Assembly (NCBI RefSeq): GCF_009834535.1
Contig: NC_045696.1
Coordinates: forward strand, 91,266,001 to 91,330,000
Length of the DNA stretch: 64,000 nt
Direction of reading: 5' to 3'
From: Camelus ferus
Lineage: Eukaryota
The notes under the pieces are model-generated. The model was given only the letters and a program-made list of their open reading frames with translations, was not told the origin of the DNA and searched no databases. Shown here piece by piece: positions 1-11,840 of this stretch. Position 1 is the first letter of the stretch; each line of letters starts with the position of its first letter. A program made the position numbers and the translations under genes.

Positions 1-765
1 CCCTTTATGACACACACACACATACATGCACGTGTACACACACAAGCCATTAACCTCCTGGGGAAAGTACAGCCCTGAATTAGAACTTGCAAATAAACTC
101 ACAGATTTGCTGCAATGGTCTCAATGTATTCTCTTGTTTTAGACCTTACTGCTTAGAGGTGTCACTCCCATTTCCTGTCCTCACTCTGAGAACTGGGCTC
201 ACATACCTCATTATGGCCGTATTTAAAGAGTTGGTATAAGAACAACTGCTCCATTGATATGGACTTTATTTAAAAAAAACTGTAAAGAAGATTTATTGCT
301 ATCATCATGGGGGAGAATAAAAGTGGGGTGTAATTTGTGGAGAAGAATGAATGTCCTCCAAATCAAGGTGCTTTTGCGGGCAGCATCGGATTAGCATCTA
401 GGAATGGGACTTGAGGAAGCAGCGTCTTAGCACTCAGAAGTGAGTAGTCGCAAGGTAGATGGAAGAAAGAAACCACATCTTAAGGAACACATTTTCCTAC
501 TCAGTCGCAGAGCTAGGAATAGAATAATGACACGCTAGAAGTTTAAAAAGGTGAACTCAAACAGAGAAACTGCCTGTGGGGAGAAGTGACCTGTCCTGAG
601 GAAAGAGGCAGAGGCATATCAAAGTCTGGGAGGAAAGAAAAGAATACCATCTTCAGGGCAAGCAGTGCCTTCTCGCTTGTGTACAGGCAGGGTTTATAAG
701 TACAATAGAACCCTTGGTAAAATGCTTGTACCTCCAGGGCTAAGATTTTTATTTTTGAATTGCAA

Positions 766-784
766 GTGCTCCATCTAGTGGTCA
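766..784 (-). promoter_or_regulatory. CTCF-binding motif (candidate)
   Basis: Minus strand reads GACCACTAGATGGAGCAC, close to the CTCF core CCAC(C/T)AG(A/G)(G/T)GGC(G/A)C; lies in unique sequence. Confidence 0.6.
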
Positions 785-1509
785 ATTCCTGAAACAACAA
801 GTTCACGGTGTTAACTGGTGTCATCCTTTGGATGCAAATTATTTAGTTGAAGTTTTTTTTTTTTAATGACTAAAACCTGCATCACTCATAACAAGCTACT
901 GAAAGTTTAACTTCCAGCAGGCACAGTTGGCATTGGCTTCCAAGAACTAAAAGTATCTATATATTGGCAATTTAAATCATAGCATTTTTTCCACTGCTGA
1001 GATCAACTGCCATGATTCATTATGATCTAAAATTTAATTATCTTGATGTTGTTTCTGGGGTGAAAAAGATAGTCCCTTAAAAAGCTTTACCAAAATTAAT
1101 GCTTAAATTCAATGTCTATTCTACTATGAAAATGAAGGAGAGTTGGGTATTTATTTGGCATCTGGTGACCAAACAGAATGTGCCTGAAGCTATCTTGGTG
1201 TACTTTCCTTGAAAGGCTTTGCTGTGCAGGAGAGGAAGGGAGTCTTTGGATCTCTAAGGAGTGACAGGGGCCTGGCGTGGCAGCACTGTGGACTGCAGTG
1301 GTCTCAAAGTGTGAGAAGATCCTACTGACGTATATTCTTCTTAATGACAGAAAGGTGGCATTAGATAACATTGGAATCAGGTCCAGAATCCATTTTCATT
1401 TAGTCCTACTAGGTCGTGGACATCTTTGAAGCTAGCCAATAGTCCTTTATAATCAAAGAGAACAGATTTCAGCTGGTTTTCTTTACCCAGGCAGTAATAT
1501 CTAGTTAGA

Positions 1510-1748
1510 ATTCCATATAATTGTATTTTGCATTGTCTTTAGTTAACTTGCTATCAATGGCAAGAGATATTGCTAATTCATTGGGTGATGATATAAAATT
1601 TCCCTTTTAAAATAAATTTATTTAAATAATGCTAATCAGTTTAAAGAAGAAGTGCTGGATAAATAGTAATGATAATAATAATATGGGAGATATATGAATA
1701 TAGGAGAAATCATGAGTGGACATGGATACAGATGATTGGAACCACAGT
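1510..1748 (-). mobile_element. hAT-Charlie DNA transposon remnant, MER113-like
   Basis: TGGCAAGAGATATTG...GATATAAAATTTCCCTTTTAAAATAAATTTATTTA and terminal TTGGAACCACAG resemble the reverse complement of MER113. Confidence 0.6.
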
Positions 1749-1789
1749 GTGAGGACAGACCGTGCTTTGGGAACACTGGGCCTGCTCTC

Positions 1790-1900
1790 TCATCTGGATC
1801 TGCCACCTGCCCTCTGTAATTACCTGGGTGTGTTACTTAATCTCTTTGGACCTTAATTTTTCTCATCTGTAGAGTAAGGGTTTGGTTTTAGCTGAGCCCA
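1790..1900 (+). mobile_element. MIR SINE fragment
   Basis: MIR core-like TTACTTAATCTCTTTGGACCTTAATTTTTCTCATCTGTAGAGT. Confidence 0.7.
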
Positions 1901-2569
1901 AAGACACAAATCAAATTAGAGGTTCTTAGAGCAATTTTTATAGTGAAATTATTCTTTGCCTAAATTCAGGAGATGAAAAGAGATAAATAGAACATCCTTA
2001 AAAAGCCTTCATGAAAGAATGAAGGGGACACGTGGAAGACCCAAGAGGACAGGCTGGTGGTGAATTACATCCAGCATCTGAGTTGTACTTAACCACAAGC
2101 CCCAAATTATAGTCATGTTCTCCCAAATTCTAGCTCATGTGTACTAAGGACCCATCAAATCAAAGAACTATCAAAATATATCATTTCTTATTATAGGGTA
2201 TCAGGAGAAGAGTGATCTCCTGCCCCTTAAAGCCATGCAAAGGACTGTCCAGTGGGAATATAATGCACCTTATAGTGCTCGTTTTGCAGGGGAGAGCTTG
2301 CTGGGGAGTGCTGGGTGGAAGGGGACCAGGTAGGTCTGGGCCCCTGGAGCTTGAGACCTTCACAGCAGAGAGGCACTACGTGCAAACAAGGCAGTGCTTT
2401 GCCCCATCCAGGTAAACTGGGGCTCCTAGAGCTTGAGATGTGGCTCCATCTTCTCCCTTCACTGAGCTGCCAGTGGCCAGGGTTAACTGAGCAGTGGGGG
2501 CCAGGCCCTGTGCTCATGGTCTGTGTACATAGTCTCCTCCAGCCCTGACTTCAGCCCTGAAATGCAGGA

Positions 2570-2700
2570 TGTTACCTGTGTTAACAGAAGTGGAAACTGG
2601 GGCTCAGAATCAGTCAGTTACTTGCCAGAGGTCATCTGGCTTATAAGTGGCAATGACAAGTTTGAGTCTAGATCGCTCTGTGATCCTAGGAATGCTGATT
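2570..2700 (-). mobile_element. MIR SINE fragment
   Basis: Reverse MIR core: ACAGAAGTGGAAACTGGGGCTCAGA...TTACTTGCCAGAGGTCA. Confidence 0.7.
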
Positions 2701-2929
2701 CCACCACCAGGTGGGACAGGTCTGGGCTTTACTTTGGAAAGCTGTGGTTCCCTGTATTCTCCACAACTGACACAGGCAGTGGGGCACAGAGAGCTGAAAA
2801 AACAGGGGGTGAGAAAGCTCAAGAGAGAAAGCATAAGCTTAGGAAACTCAGAGAAATATGGCTTGGCAGGAGGGCAGATCTGTGGAGGGAGGGAGTGGTG
2901 AGCCTGTGGGATGGAGATCCTGTAATTCA

Positions 2930-3110
2930 GAGGTGAGAGTTTGTTTGAATTGATGAGCAGTGGAGATCCACCCCTGAAGTCTTTGGACTGGGTTAAGACA
3001 AAATCGGCCCTTGTGTAAGGACAGAGAGAGGAAAGTCGGGGGATGGGAGACCAGTCAGGTGGCAGTTATGGCGTCCACATGACAGGCTGATCTGGTGGTG
3101 ACTCAGGGAT
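2930..3110 (-). mobile_element. L2 LINE fragment
   Basis: Degenerate L2-like purine-rich tract (GGGAGACCAGTCAGGTGGCAGTT...GTCCACATGACAG). Confidence 0.4.
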
Positions 3111-4870
3111 GTAGACACCATTACTCCCTGCTCTTTCTCCTCTGAAGTGTGGCTTTTACTCAGATGGAGCAGTGGGAGTCCCCATCACCAGCAGCTGAAC
3201 TTACATGCGCACTGCCCAATGCTCCACAAGAGAAATTCAATGAAAATTCCAAGTTCATTCCCTCTAAGACCGTGTAGCTCAAAGTCCTTCCCAGAGACCA
3301 AGTTCGGATGAAGGGTTGTACAGCACCAGGCTGATCTTTCCAAATGCAGTGAGGATCACAGTATGCAGCCAGTTCCTGGTCTGAGGACAGCCTGTCTCAG
3401 GAGACCCCTCCTTTCCTTTCCCCATGCTTGTGATTGGTGGGTGAGCCTAAGACATGGCTGATAGGACAAGTCTCCTCATGAGAGATGGAGAGGGGCTTCA
3501 GGAGTGGCCAGTCCCGGAGCTCTCTCCCCTCCCAGCTGCCCAACCATCCTCTTATCTCTATTGGTCTCCTCCCTCCCCAATATGGCTATAGGATAGAGGG
3601 AGGAGACTTTTGAGAGGGTTTCTTAAAATGCTTAGGTAGTTGTTCAATGATTTCAGTGTGGCTCACGAGTGGGATTGGGGTAGAAAATACTTAAAGCCAA
3701 AATATCCATTTTCACATCTATGGAATGGTCAGTTTTCATTTGGAAAGAGTGTCAATTCCCCACTTCAGAATGTTTGGATTCTAGATCTTTAAAAAAAAAA
3801 AAAAAAGGACAGTCAGTGATTATCTTAAATCCCTCCTCTTCCTGATTCCTTATAATAGAATCAAATAAGAGAGCCACGTGGTATAGCCATGGAAAGGCCA
3901 CTGGACACAGAGTTGGGATAAAGCGTAGGGCCCCTGGGCACTGCCAGTGCTTGTGGTACCCCTTGGGGAGACATTCCCCCATCCTGATCCTCATCTGCAT
4001 AATGATGGGGTCTGGGGGTCCTTGCAGTCTAAAATTCAGTTTCAGTCTTAGAATAGCAAACAACATACATGGTCCTAGGGTCGGTTTTAGTTTTATTCCC
4101 AGTCCTTTTCCCTCACTGATAACTCGGGAGGCCAGATTTGGGACTGTGGGAAAGGAAAGCACAGTCAAGAGAACTGGCTCCCCCGGAACCGGGAGCTGCC
4201 CCTTGGCTCCCCTGCTCTGACGCTCACAGGCTTCTGGACGACAGAGTGGGCGAGGCTGACTCCCTGAGGGGGCAGCTATTAGATGGATGTCTTTCCCTCT
4301 GTTTGATCCCCAAACCACAGAAAAAAATAAACCTATGACTCTGGAAGATTGTTTTCAAGGACAATTATCGTCATCATCCACATCTTTATCAAATAAGGAA
4401 CATTTTTTTTTCCCAAATCTGTGTCTCAGACTTACAATAATACATAGAGGGTGGTGCCAGGAGCTTTTGATGGCAGCTGAGAACACAGCCTTCGCTAGGC
4501 CCCCTGAAATGGTGGGAAATGGGTCTCAGTCTTAGAATCTTTAGGGAACATTGCAGCAGACACTTGGCCTGAGGGGCACTAGCTCAGAACATGGCACATT
4601 CCTGGATAGACATTTACCTACTGCCTGCCCTACACCTCAGCAGGGAAGGCAAACCAGACGGGATGCCGGGCAGCCAGCTGGGCCCACTCACTAGCAAAAG
4701 AACTCATGCCTGCCTCAGTGAGGGGGATTCAGATCCCCCCTCACCAAAATAGCCACAGTCCTTCCACAGCCTACCACAGCTCAGTGTCCACCCAGCGCCT
4801 ACTGGCCTGCTTTACTTCATGGAGGAAGGAGGCAGGGACTGGCTCAGTGAGTGTCCCAGGGTCCTTCCCA

Positions 4871-4906
4871 CTGACTTTGCAGCAGCCCTGACTTTGCAGC
4901 AGCCCT
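4871..4906. repeat. Perfect 17-bp tandem duplication
   Basis: CTGACTTTGCAGCAGCC at 4871-4887 and 4888-4904. Confidence 0.95.
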
Positions 4907-6734
4907 CGCTTCCTGGCCCAGGCTGTACAGGAAACAGTCCACACTCTGAGCCCCCAACAGGTGAGGGAGCAGACCCCTTGGTGCATCATTGGTCCTTATA
5001 GCACCAGAACAGAAGAGGCATGAGTCCCTGGCCTGTAACAGGCAAAAAAGAGCCACAGCAGCCTGTCCCTGAGCAGCCAGGGCTGGGATACATCTCTAAG
5101 CTCCTGTGACTCCTGCTCCTTCACAGGTGCTGATCTACTTTGCAATAAGCCTGTTTTCTGAGTCTCAGAACTGGGAGGGTGCCAGGAAGATTGGCAGACC
5201 TCCCTTTCATTTTCTGTCCTCCCTCAAGGACGCCTTATGGAACAGGAAGCTGTCATCAGCCTTACCTGGATTACCCTCGAGAAGAAAGACATCTGGTGCT
5301 ACCTCCTCCTTCAGGATAAATATTTTACCTGACTTGTGAAAGCCAGAATCTTTGGCCCCTGAATCCCGTAACTTTGAGCCAGTCTTTCCTTCCTGCAAAC
5401 CTGATATTGGACTTAAAAACTCATTGCAGCTTCCTTCTTGGTGGGTCCATGGGGGTCTCAGACAAGAGAGTGAGAAAGAGAGGCCTAGGGGCTGTTCACT
5501 TCAGCTCCCCTAGAAGGAGCTTTGTTGTGACTCTCTAGAGAATGATCACTATTGTTTTTACATTTGGGGCCTTAATCATGCTTGGGTATCTTTCTTTTAT
5601 TGACCACTCCCTTGTCATCCTTCATTGAAGCTGCCATTGCATTAGATAATTGCATTCTCCCTCCTCGCAAACCTTCTTGGAAGGCTGAGCTCATGACTCA
5701 TCCTTTTCTGATGTAAAGTGACTCTCTGAATTCAATACCTGACACAGGGCTGTCCCTGTCCCCATTAGGCATCCCATCATTGACTGGTTTGTTCATTTCA
5801 GAATTTGGTTTAGGGTGCTAGGAATGGTTGCAGATTTTTTTTTTTTTTTTTTTTTTGACATCAGGCTCCTTGAGCCCATCTGTTTATTCAGGATCCAGGA
5901 ACAACCCTTAATATTCAATCCAGTCAGTCACTGCAAATTTCTAGGTGAAAAGCATTCACCTGGGAATGAGCCATAAAAACGGCCTCTGCTTTTCCAAATC
6001 AGCATTCCTGCCTCCTCTTCACAGGGTGGGTCAGGCTGCAGCATGCCCAGCAGCTGCTGCAAGGCCATGTACCCCCTCTTCCTTTTCTGGAAATGTCTGT
6101 CCCTCTATTCTTTGCCAGAACAAACCACTGCTAGAGGGACCCTCAACTGTCTCAGCCCCCTCTCCCTTTTTCTTCCCATGGAAAGCCATAGAATTCTGAA
6201 GGTTACAGATGAGAACCCCAAGGCCCACAGCGGAGGCATCCTCCTTGTTACTAGTAGAGCCTGGACATCAGGTCTGCATTTCCTCCAGGCCTCATCGCAC
6301 AGGGGCTATGTGTCTGGAGTCTCTAACCTCCCTGCCCAGGCCACCGCCTCCTGGCCCCTCGCCCCACACCCTCCAGCCCTGCTTGCAGGAGCCTTTAACC
6401 AGGCATGTCCCCTCTTCCTCAGCCCTTCCCTGTGAGAATCCCTGGATGAGTCTGCCTTGTGGGATGAGAAAGTTCAAATTCAGGGTGTGTCTCTCCTAGA
6501 GCCAATGTTTTCAAAGGAATTTGGGTTGCTTATTAATAGGAGGAATACAGTTCACCTACATTATGGTGTTTGTGGGATGGTCTTGATGATAACCACTTAG
6601 TGGGCTGAAAGCTGCCTGTAATACAGTTTTGCACAAGGGGCCTGCAATCCTACTGTCTGAGCTAAGCCTCCACCTTAGGCTTGACATAAACAGCCGTGGG
6701 CAGTGTAGGATGTGTGGTCAGATATGCCCTCATT

Positions 6735-6950
6735 ACCAACAGCTGTGAGGCAGCAGAGAGGATCCTGGGACTTGGGACTGGAAATCTGGGTTCAACTGCG
6801 AATTGGTCCACATTGGACACTGCAGTCCTCTGGGAGACTCCATTTTTCTCAAGTGTAAAATGAGCATGGTTGTAAAGGTGAGCTGACAAGATCCTTGGGA
6901 AGAACCTTGTACATAGTAGGTATTCAAGAACTGTTAGTTGAATGTGAATT
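6735..6950 (+). mobile_element. MIR SINE with L2-like 3' tail
   Basis: CTGGGTTCAA...CTCCATTTTTCTCAAGTGTAAAATGAG...ACATAGTAGGTATTCAAGAACTGTTAGTTGAATG. Confidence 0.65.
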
Positions 6951-7220
6951 CTAAAAAGAATAATAAGCGGTACCATGAGCTACAAAGCTTATTCCTAGGT
7001 TCTACAACTCTGTGATTCCTCTCTTTCTATTTCCAAAGATCAGTATCTTTCTCCCTTCAAAACCTCATTCTCTTACCTTTAGACACTCCCAGCTCCTCAC
7101 AGAACTGAGGAATGTCCCTGCTGCCTTGAGTCTTACAGCCTCTGCTTTGTGTCAGAGACACCAGGGCTGGAGACCTGAGTGGCCTTTCCCCACACCCACC
7201 CCTGACTCGGAGAGGAGGCA

Positions 7221-7381
7221 TAGGGAGCATTGCCAGATTCAGCAAATACATATACAGGACATCCAGTTAAATCTGAATTTCAGATGAACGACAAATAATT
7301 GCACGGGCCCTTCTCATTATTAAAAATGACTCGTCTGAAATTCAGATTTAACTGGGAGCTATATATTTCATGTCACTCCTA
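7221..7381. mobile_element. MER53-like palindromic hAT MITE
   Basis: TTGCCAGATTCAGCAAATA...CAGGACATCCAGTTAAATCTGAATTTCAGAT with inverted arm ATCTGAAATTCAGATTTAACTGG-like sequence at 7331-7355. Confidence 0.8.
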
Positions 7382-7539
7382 GGCGTACAGTGGGTTCACA
7401 TCACATAGCTCAGATATCTTCATGATAGTGTCTTCAGGGCCACAGAATGACAAAACTCTCTCCAGCTATGAGCATATTTGGGGTTTGTCACAGATATTTT
7501 GAGGGCCTCATTTCTATCTCCTCTATTACTCATTCCCTG

Positions 7540-7915
7540 GCCAGGAAACACCAACAGCTGAGCGGCTTCTCTCAGCCCAGGGCCCCTGTCATGCAGGAAG
7601 TTAGTTCTCCCCTCACCCGGGGTACAACACTCAGCCAGTGATGGGTTGGAGCTGGAGGATCAATACCTCAGCTCTCTCCTACCTGGCTGGGGCAGGTAAT
7701 GAACCAAAGGTTTGTGTTCTCTCCTGTACTGACCCCAGGTCCCCGAATGAGCACCAGTAACCACTAACAATGCACCCTTTATGGGCTTCTCTCTCTTCCT
7801 TTCTGTCTCTCTTTCTGGCTCTTCTACCAGTGCTTCTGGAGCCACCTCCCAAATGAACTTCCTGCACTCAGACCTACAACTCATGGTTGGCTTCTGCAGG
7901 GCCCCCACCTAGGTC
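7540..7915 (+). mobile_element. ERVL solo LTR, LTR16/LTR33-like
   Basis: 3' end CACCTCCCAAATGAACTTCCTGCACTCAGACC...GGCTTCTGCAGGG resembles the LTR16-type terminus. Confidence 0.6.
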
Positions 7916-8384
7916 AAAGCTGATTGACCTTTCTCTTATTACAGACCCCCCAGCCTACAGATCGCCAAAGGTTAGACTCACAGGGTACTTTCCAGAAGAT
8001 GTAGAACCAGGAACCCAAGGATGATGTCAGGAGTCCTAACACACTGGCTGCTGAGATTTGCAAAGACTCCAGCACCTGAAAAAGAAGGTCTTTGAGAGCT
8101 GGGGAGACACTTCTGGAGAAGGGCTCAGGATGGCTGTCCCATTGCCAGTTTATCAAACCAAGGGCCCTGGATTGGAAGAGCCAGTGTCTGTGTTCAAGCA
8201 AAGGAGGATGGAGTTCCACTTCCTGTCCTGTCCTTCTGGGACGGTAACCCAGCAACCCATTCACAGGTTATCATGCTGATCCATCAGCTGCCTGGCCTCC
8301 CCAGCTCTCCACAAGCTGATCTCTGAGGAAGTGGATCCCAGGGTGTATGTAATTCCACCTGGCCTAAGATAACTGGGGAGGACA

Positions 8385-8590
8385 ACAAGAGCTTTGAAGC
8401 CAGAGCAGTCTGGGCTTAAACCTTGTTCTGCCTCTACCTGTGTGATCCTAGATAAATGAGCTTCAGTTTCTTTTCCTAGAAAATGAGAGAAATGGTGCCT
8501 CATGGGGCTATTGAATAAATTTCCTGAAATAATGCACATGAAGGCCTAGCAGAGTGTGGCCCTAGTAAAGGGCTTCACAAATGCTAATTC
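8385..8590 (+). mobile_element. MIR SINE
   Basis: GCTTTGAAGCCAGAGCAGTCTGGGCTTAAACC...CTTCAGTTTC...ATAATGCACATGAAGGCCTAGCAGAGTG. Confidence 0.75.
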
Positions 8591-9299
8591 CCTTTCCTGA
8601 CTGTACTGCACCAGCAAAGCCAAGGGGACAAGAACGTGCACCCTGGTATAATGCTATCTGTGTACTAGTAGCTTTCACAACCCCTGTCTCTCAGGCTCTA
8701 AGTCAGGCAGAGATCTTGTTAATTGATTCAGTAGCCTTGGCCTGCAAAGCTCTTCCTCCCACCTGGCCTTTGTCTTGGTTATGGAGAAGGTTCTGCAAAG
8801 ATTGCCATCAGCAAGGCCGTCCAGCCTTGTTCTCGAGCAGATCACACCAGTAATTTGCTGTGATGGATAGCGTGCCTCCAACGGCCCGTGTAATTGTGGT
8901 GAGCAGGCAGGGCGGTGGAGCCACTGTGTTGAGGAAATTCAGACTTGCAGGGAACACGGCGCTGCCTAAGCCACAGTCATTCCAAAATTAGACCTTTCCT
9001 CCACTCCATCATTACAGGGGTAAGCAGTCAGAACACTTCCTGAATACGAACCACATATCAGAAGTGATTTATAGAAGCATCCACATGTATGTGGATGGGC
9101 GGCAGAGGGAGGGAGGGAGCCTTGGGCTTGGCCCCGGACCTCACTGCCACTCTGCACATCTCTGCTCCAGTGGACCAATGGCAGCCGCAGCCGCAGCTCT
9201 AGCAAAATGACTGGACAGGGGAGGCCACAGTCTATTGCTAAACAAATGTGAGGTCCTTTCCATTCACAGACTTACCAGGCCAAAAGGCCCCCTCGTTGT

Positions 9300-9610
9300 A
9301 CATGTTAACAATTCAGATGCCCTGGATTCTGCCCTAAAGGTATTGATTCAGTGGGTTGATCTGGAGGCCTGGGCATGTGTGCTGTAACAGACTCCCTTGG
9401 TCAATGGCTCTCAAACTGCTGTACATTAGAGTCACGGGAACTTTCAAGTATCTCAATGCCCACGGCCCAGCCCAGACCAACAAAATCAGAGCCACTAGGT
9501 GTGACTCCCGGGCATGGGGGCTTTTTAAAGAGCTCCAGGTGATGGCAATGAGTGGTCAAGTATGACCAATGCCCAGATAATTTGCAAATCAGGCAGGCCT
9601 GGGAAATAGA
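9300..9610. mobile_element. Nested MER5-family hAT elements (inner copy ~9402-9570 inside an outer copy)
   Basis: Outer: GATTCAGTGGGTTGATCTGGAGGCCTGGGCATG, resuming at CCAGATAATTTGC...CCTGGGAAA. Inner starts CAATGGCTCTCAAACT and contains AAAGAGCTCCAGGTGAT. Confidence 0.6.
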
Positions 9611-9734
9611 GATCCAGGGATGAACACCTCATTCAGAGAACCAAGGGCCTCATTTATTTGTCATCAGCAGACTGGAATTCAGAGCCCCTGATGGTTTAGG
9701 TGGACAAAATCGTGTTATGGGGGCTGTTTCTAAG

Positions 9735-9895
9735 CAGTTGTTCTGAAACCTGACTGATATTAGAATCACCTAGTTTGTGTATTTTTCTAATATATCTTCT
9801 CAGACCTCATCTCAAATTCACGGGTCCATTTCTGTATATTTCTTAAAGGCCCCATAGGTTGCTGGGCTGCTCCTCAGTGTCTGGGAGCTGGTGAC
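9735..9895. mobile_element. MER5-family hAT element
   Basis: CAGTTGTTCTGAAACCTGACTGATATTAGAATCACCT start typical of MER5A. Confidence 0.6.
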
Positions 9896-10236
9896 TTTAG
9901 AGAATTTATAAAAAGTTGAATCTTTTGATTTATAATTATGTACGAAACATGAGGGTTTGGGCTCCTAGAAGAAAATGTAATGGTAACTAAGCATTTCTAG
10001 ACATATTTTAATTTTTTAAAGTTTTTGTTAAAAAAAGTTTGATGAGTGGAAATTATCAGATAAATGTTATACTCTAAATTTCTAACCTGGTGTTCCCTTA
10101 ACTCTTGAGCCCTCAATTAGAAGATATGGTAAGATAACTCAGTCTTTCAAGTTGCTTCTGCTTCTTGGTGCCACTTCTAGCCAGAGCAAGAAAAGGTTCA
10201 AATCTCCCTTACCCTCCCAATCACCACAACAGAAAT

Positions 10237-10283
10237 GAATGAATGAATGAATGAATGAATGAATGAATGAATGAATGAATGAA

Positions 10284-10320
<37 letters not shown>
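10237..10320. repeat. Compound microsatellite (GAAT)12(AAAT)9
   Basis: Counted directly from the sequence. Confidence 0.95.
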
Positions 10321-10322
<2 letters not shown>

Positions 10323-11129
10323 AAGTCCTGAATCAGAAAGTTCTGTGAAGTTCCAGGAACCATCTCTTGGGTGCAGTTGCAGACCAGCTGTGTCCTGTGG
10401 GGGATCCCCCTAGTGACATCTTATGGGATAATTTCTGATTAGAAAAAGCAGGGGGCCAGCAGGGCCTCTGTGCTGCTTCTTGTAGTGGTCCTGGTGTGCC
10501 AGGCCTGAGTTCATCGCAGTCAGGGCTTCTCTGAGCTGTGCATTTCTCAGCAAATCCCCCAATTTTATTTCCAGTCCTGCCAAGGGCAGATTAAATGGCT
10601 ACATGAATGGGGAAATGCAGGAAGCTTTGAAACAGATGGTTGGCCGTGCTGGCTCGGTGACTTGCCAGGCGCTGGATTGTGTTGCCATATGAATGAAAAT
10701 CCCACTGCGACTGGGTTTTTATTTCTCCAACCTATGGATGACAGTGGTTCCCAGGGCCCCCTGGCAGAGGGGCCTGGAGCAGTTACCTGCTATTATTCAC
10801 CTCCCATCAGAGCTCAGCTCCTTGCCTCTCTGGATTGTCCTGGTTCCTTCCGCTGAAAGGGAGTGTCATTCTAGACTAATTTCCTGATGGTGTAAATGAT
10901 TTAGCAGGGCTGATGAATATCAATAGAGCTGCAGATGGGTTTAAGGCGCCTAATGAATGTGACAGTCACCAGTGCCAAATATTTTTGCAGCTTGCATTTA
11001 GGATGAAAACAAGCTTGAATAGTACCCACAAAGGTTACTTCATTAATTATGCATTATAAATTTTAAAGTCAGTAGTCAGGTGTCAGCAAATTATGGCACA
11101 GATGAGAAGCTGTGTACATGGCCTTGTGC

Positions 11130-11290
11130 TGACTGCATAGGAGCCAGGGAGCCCTGAGTTTGAATCCCAGCTCTGCCTCTAATAAGCCGTGTGATTTTGA
11201 ACAGGTTATATGATGTCTCAAAACTTGACGGTTAAAGGTAGGTAATAATACTTGTCCTTGGGCATTTTAAAAATAATGTGCATGGGGAAA
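11130..11290 (+). mobile_element. MIR SINE
   Basis: GGAGCCAGGGAGCCCTGAGTTTGAATCCCAGCTCTGCCTCTAATAAGCCGTGTGATTTTGAACAGGTTA. Confidence 0.75.
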
Positions 11291-11840
11291 TGTGGTGTTA
11301 TCAGCATTGTTAAGTCCACAAATAATTACGTACCTATTGTGTGAAAGGGCAGTACCAGGTGGATTCTGCAAATTCATAGGTCAAAGAGACCCATGGTGTG
11401 TCATGTGTGGAACAGAGAGAGCCTGCCAGGCTTAGGCAGTAGGGAGGTGTATTATCTGCAGAGGATTTAAAAACAGTAATAAAGCTGACTAAAGTTGATT
11501 TGCTTTTTATCATCAACACAGGCCAATAATGTATCTAAACAATGTCAGTGTCTCCCCCCCCCCAAATCCCTTATTCATCTAAGTTCTGGAGAACTATTGT
11601 GGTTCCTATTGAGTTTTCCTAATATATAGATGTAAGCTTCATAGTATCTCAGTCTTTAAATTACTTATCCTCCATCATTGTATTCTATATGGAAATTAAT
11701 TTGAAGAACTCCCAGTTATACAATGGGTCTCCTCCTTGCCTTCCCTATAACCTCAAACTATGTGGACTCAACCACAAGAGTTTGTTCTAGAGCAAGTTCT
11801 CAACCTTTGAAATTACTGGAGCAGTTGATGGTAGTACAAG

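Noticed and set aside
2701..2718. Weaker CTCF-like motifs (also ~4262, ~20729, ~50731, ~56008)
   Set aside because: Mismatches at core positions; cannot be supported without PWM scores or ChIP data.
3752..4318. Longest ORF in the track (188 aa, minus)
   Set aside because: Non-ATG start, runs through a poly(A)-derived FFFFF stretch, no recognisable domain or splice context.
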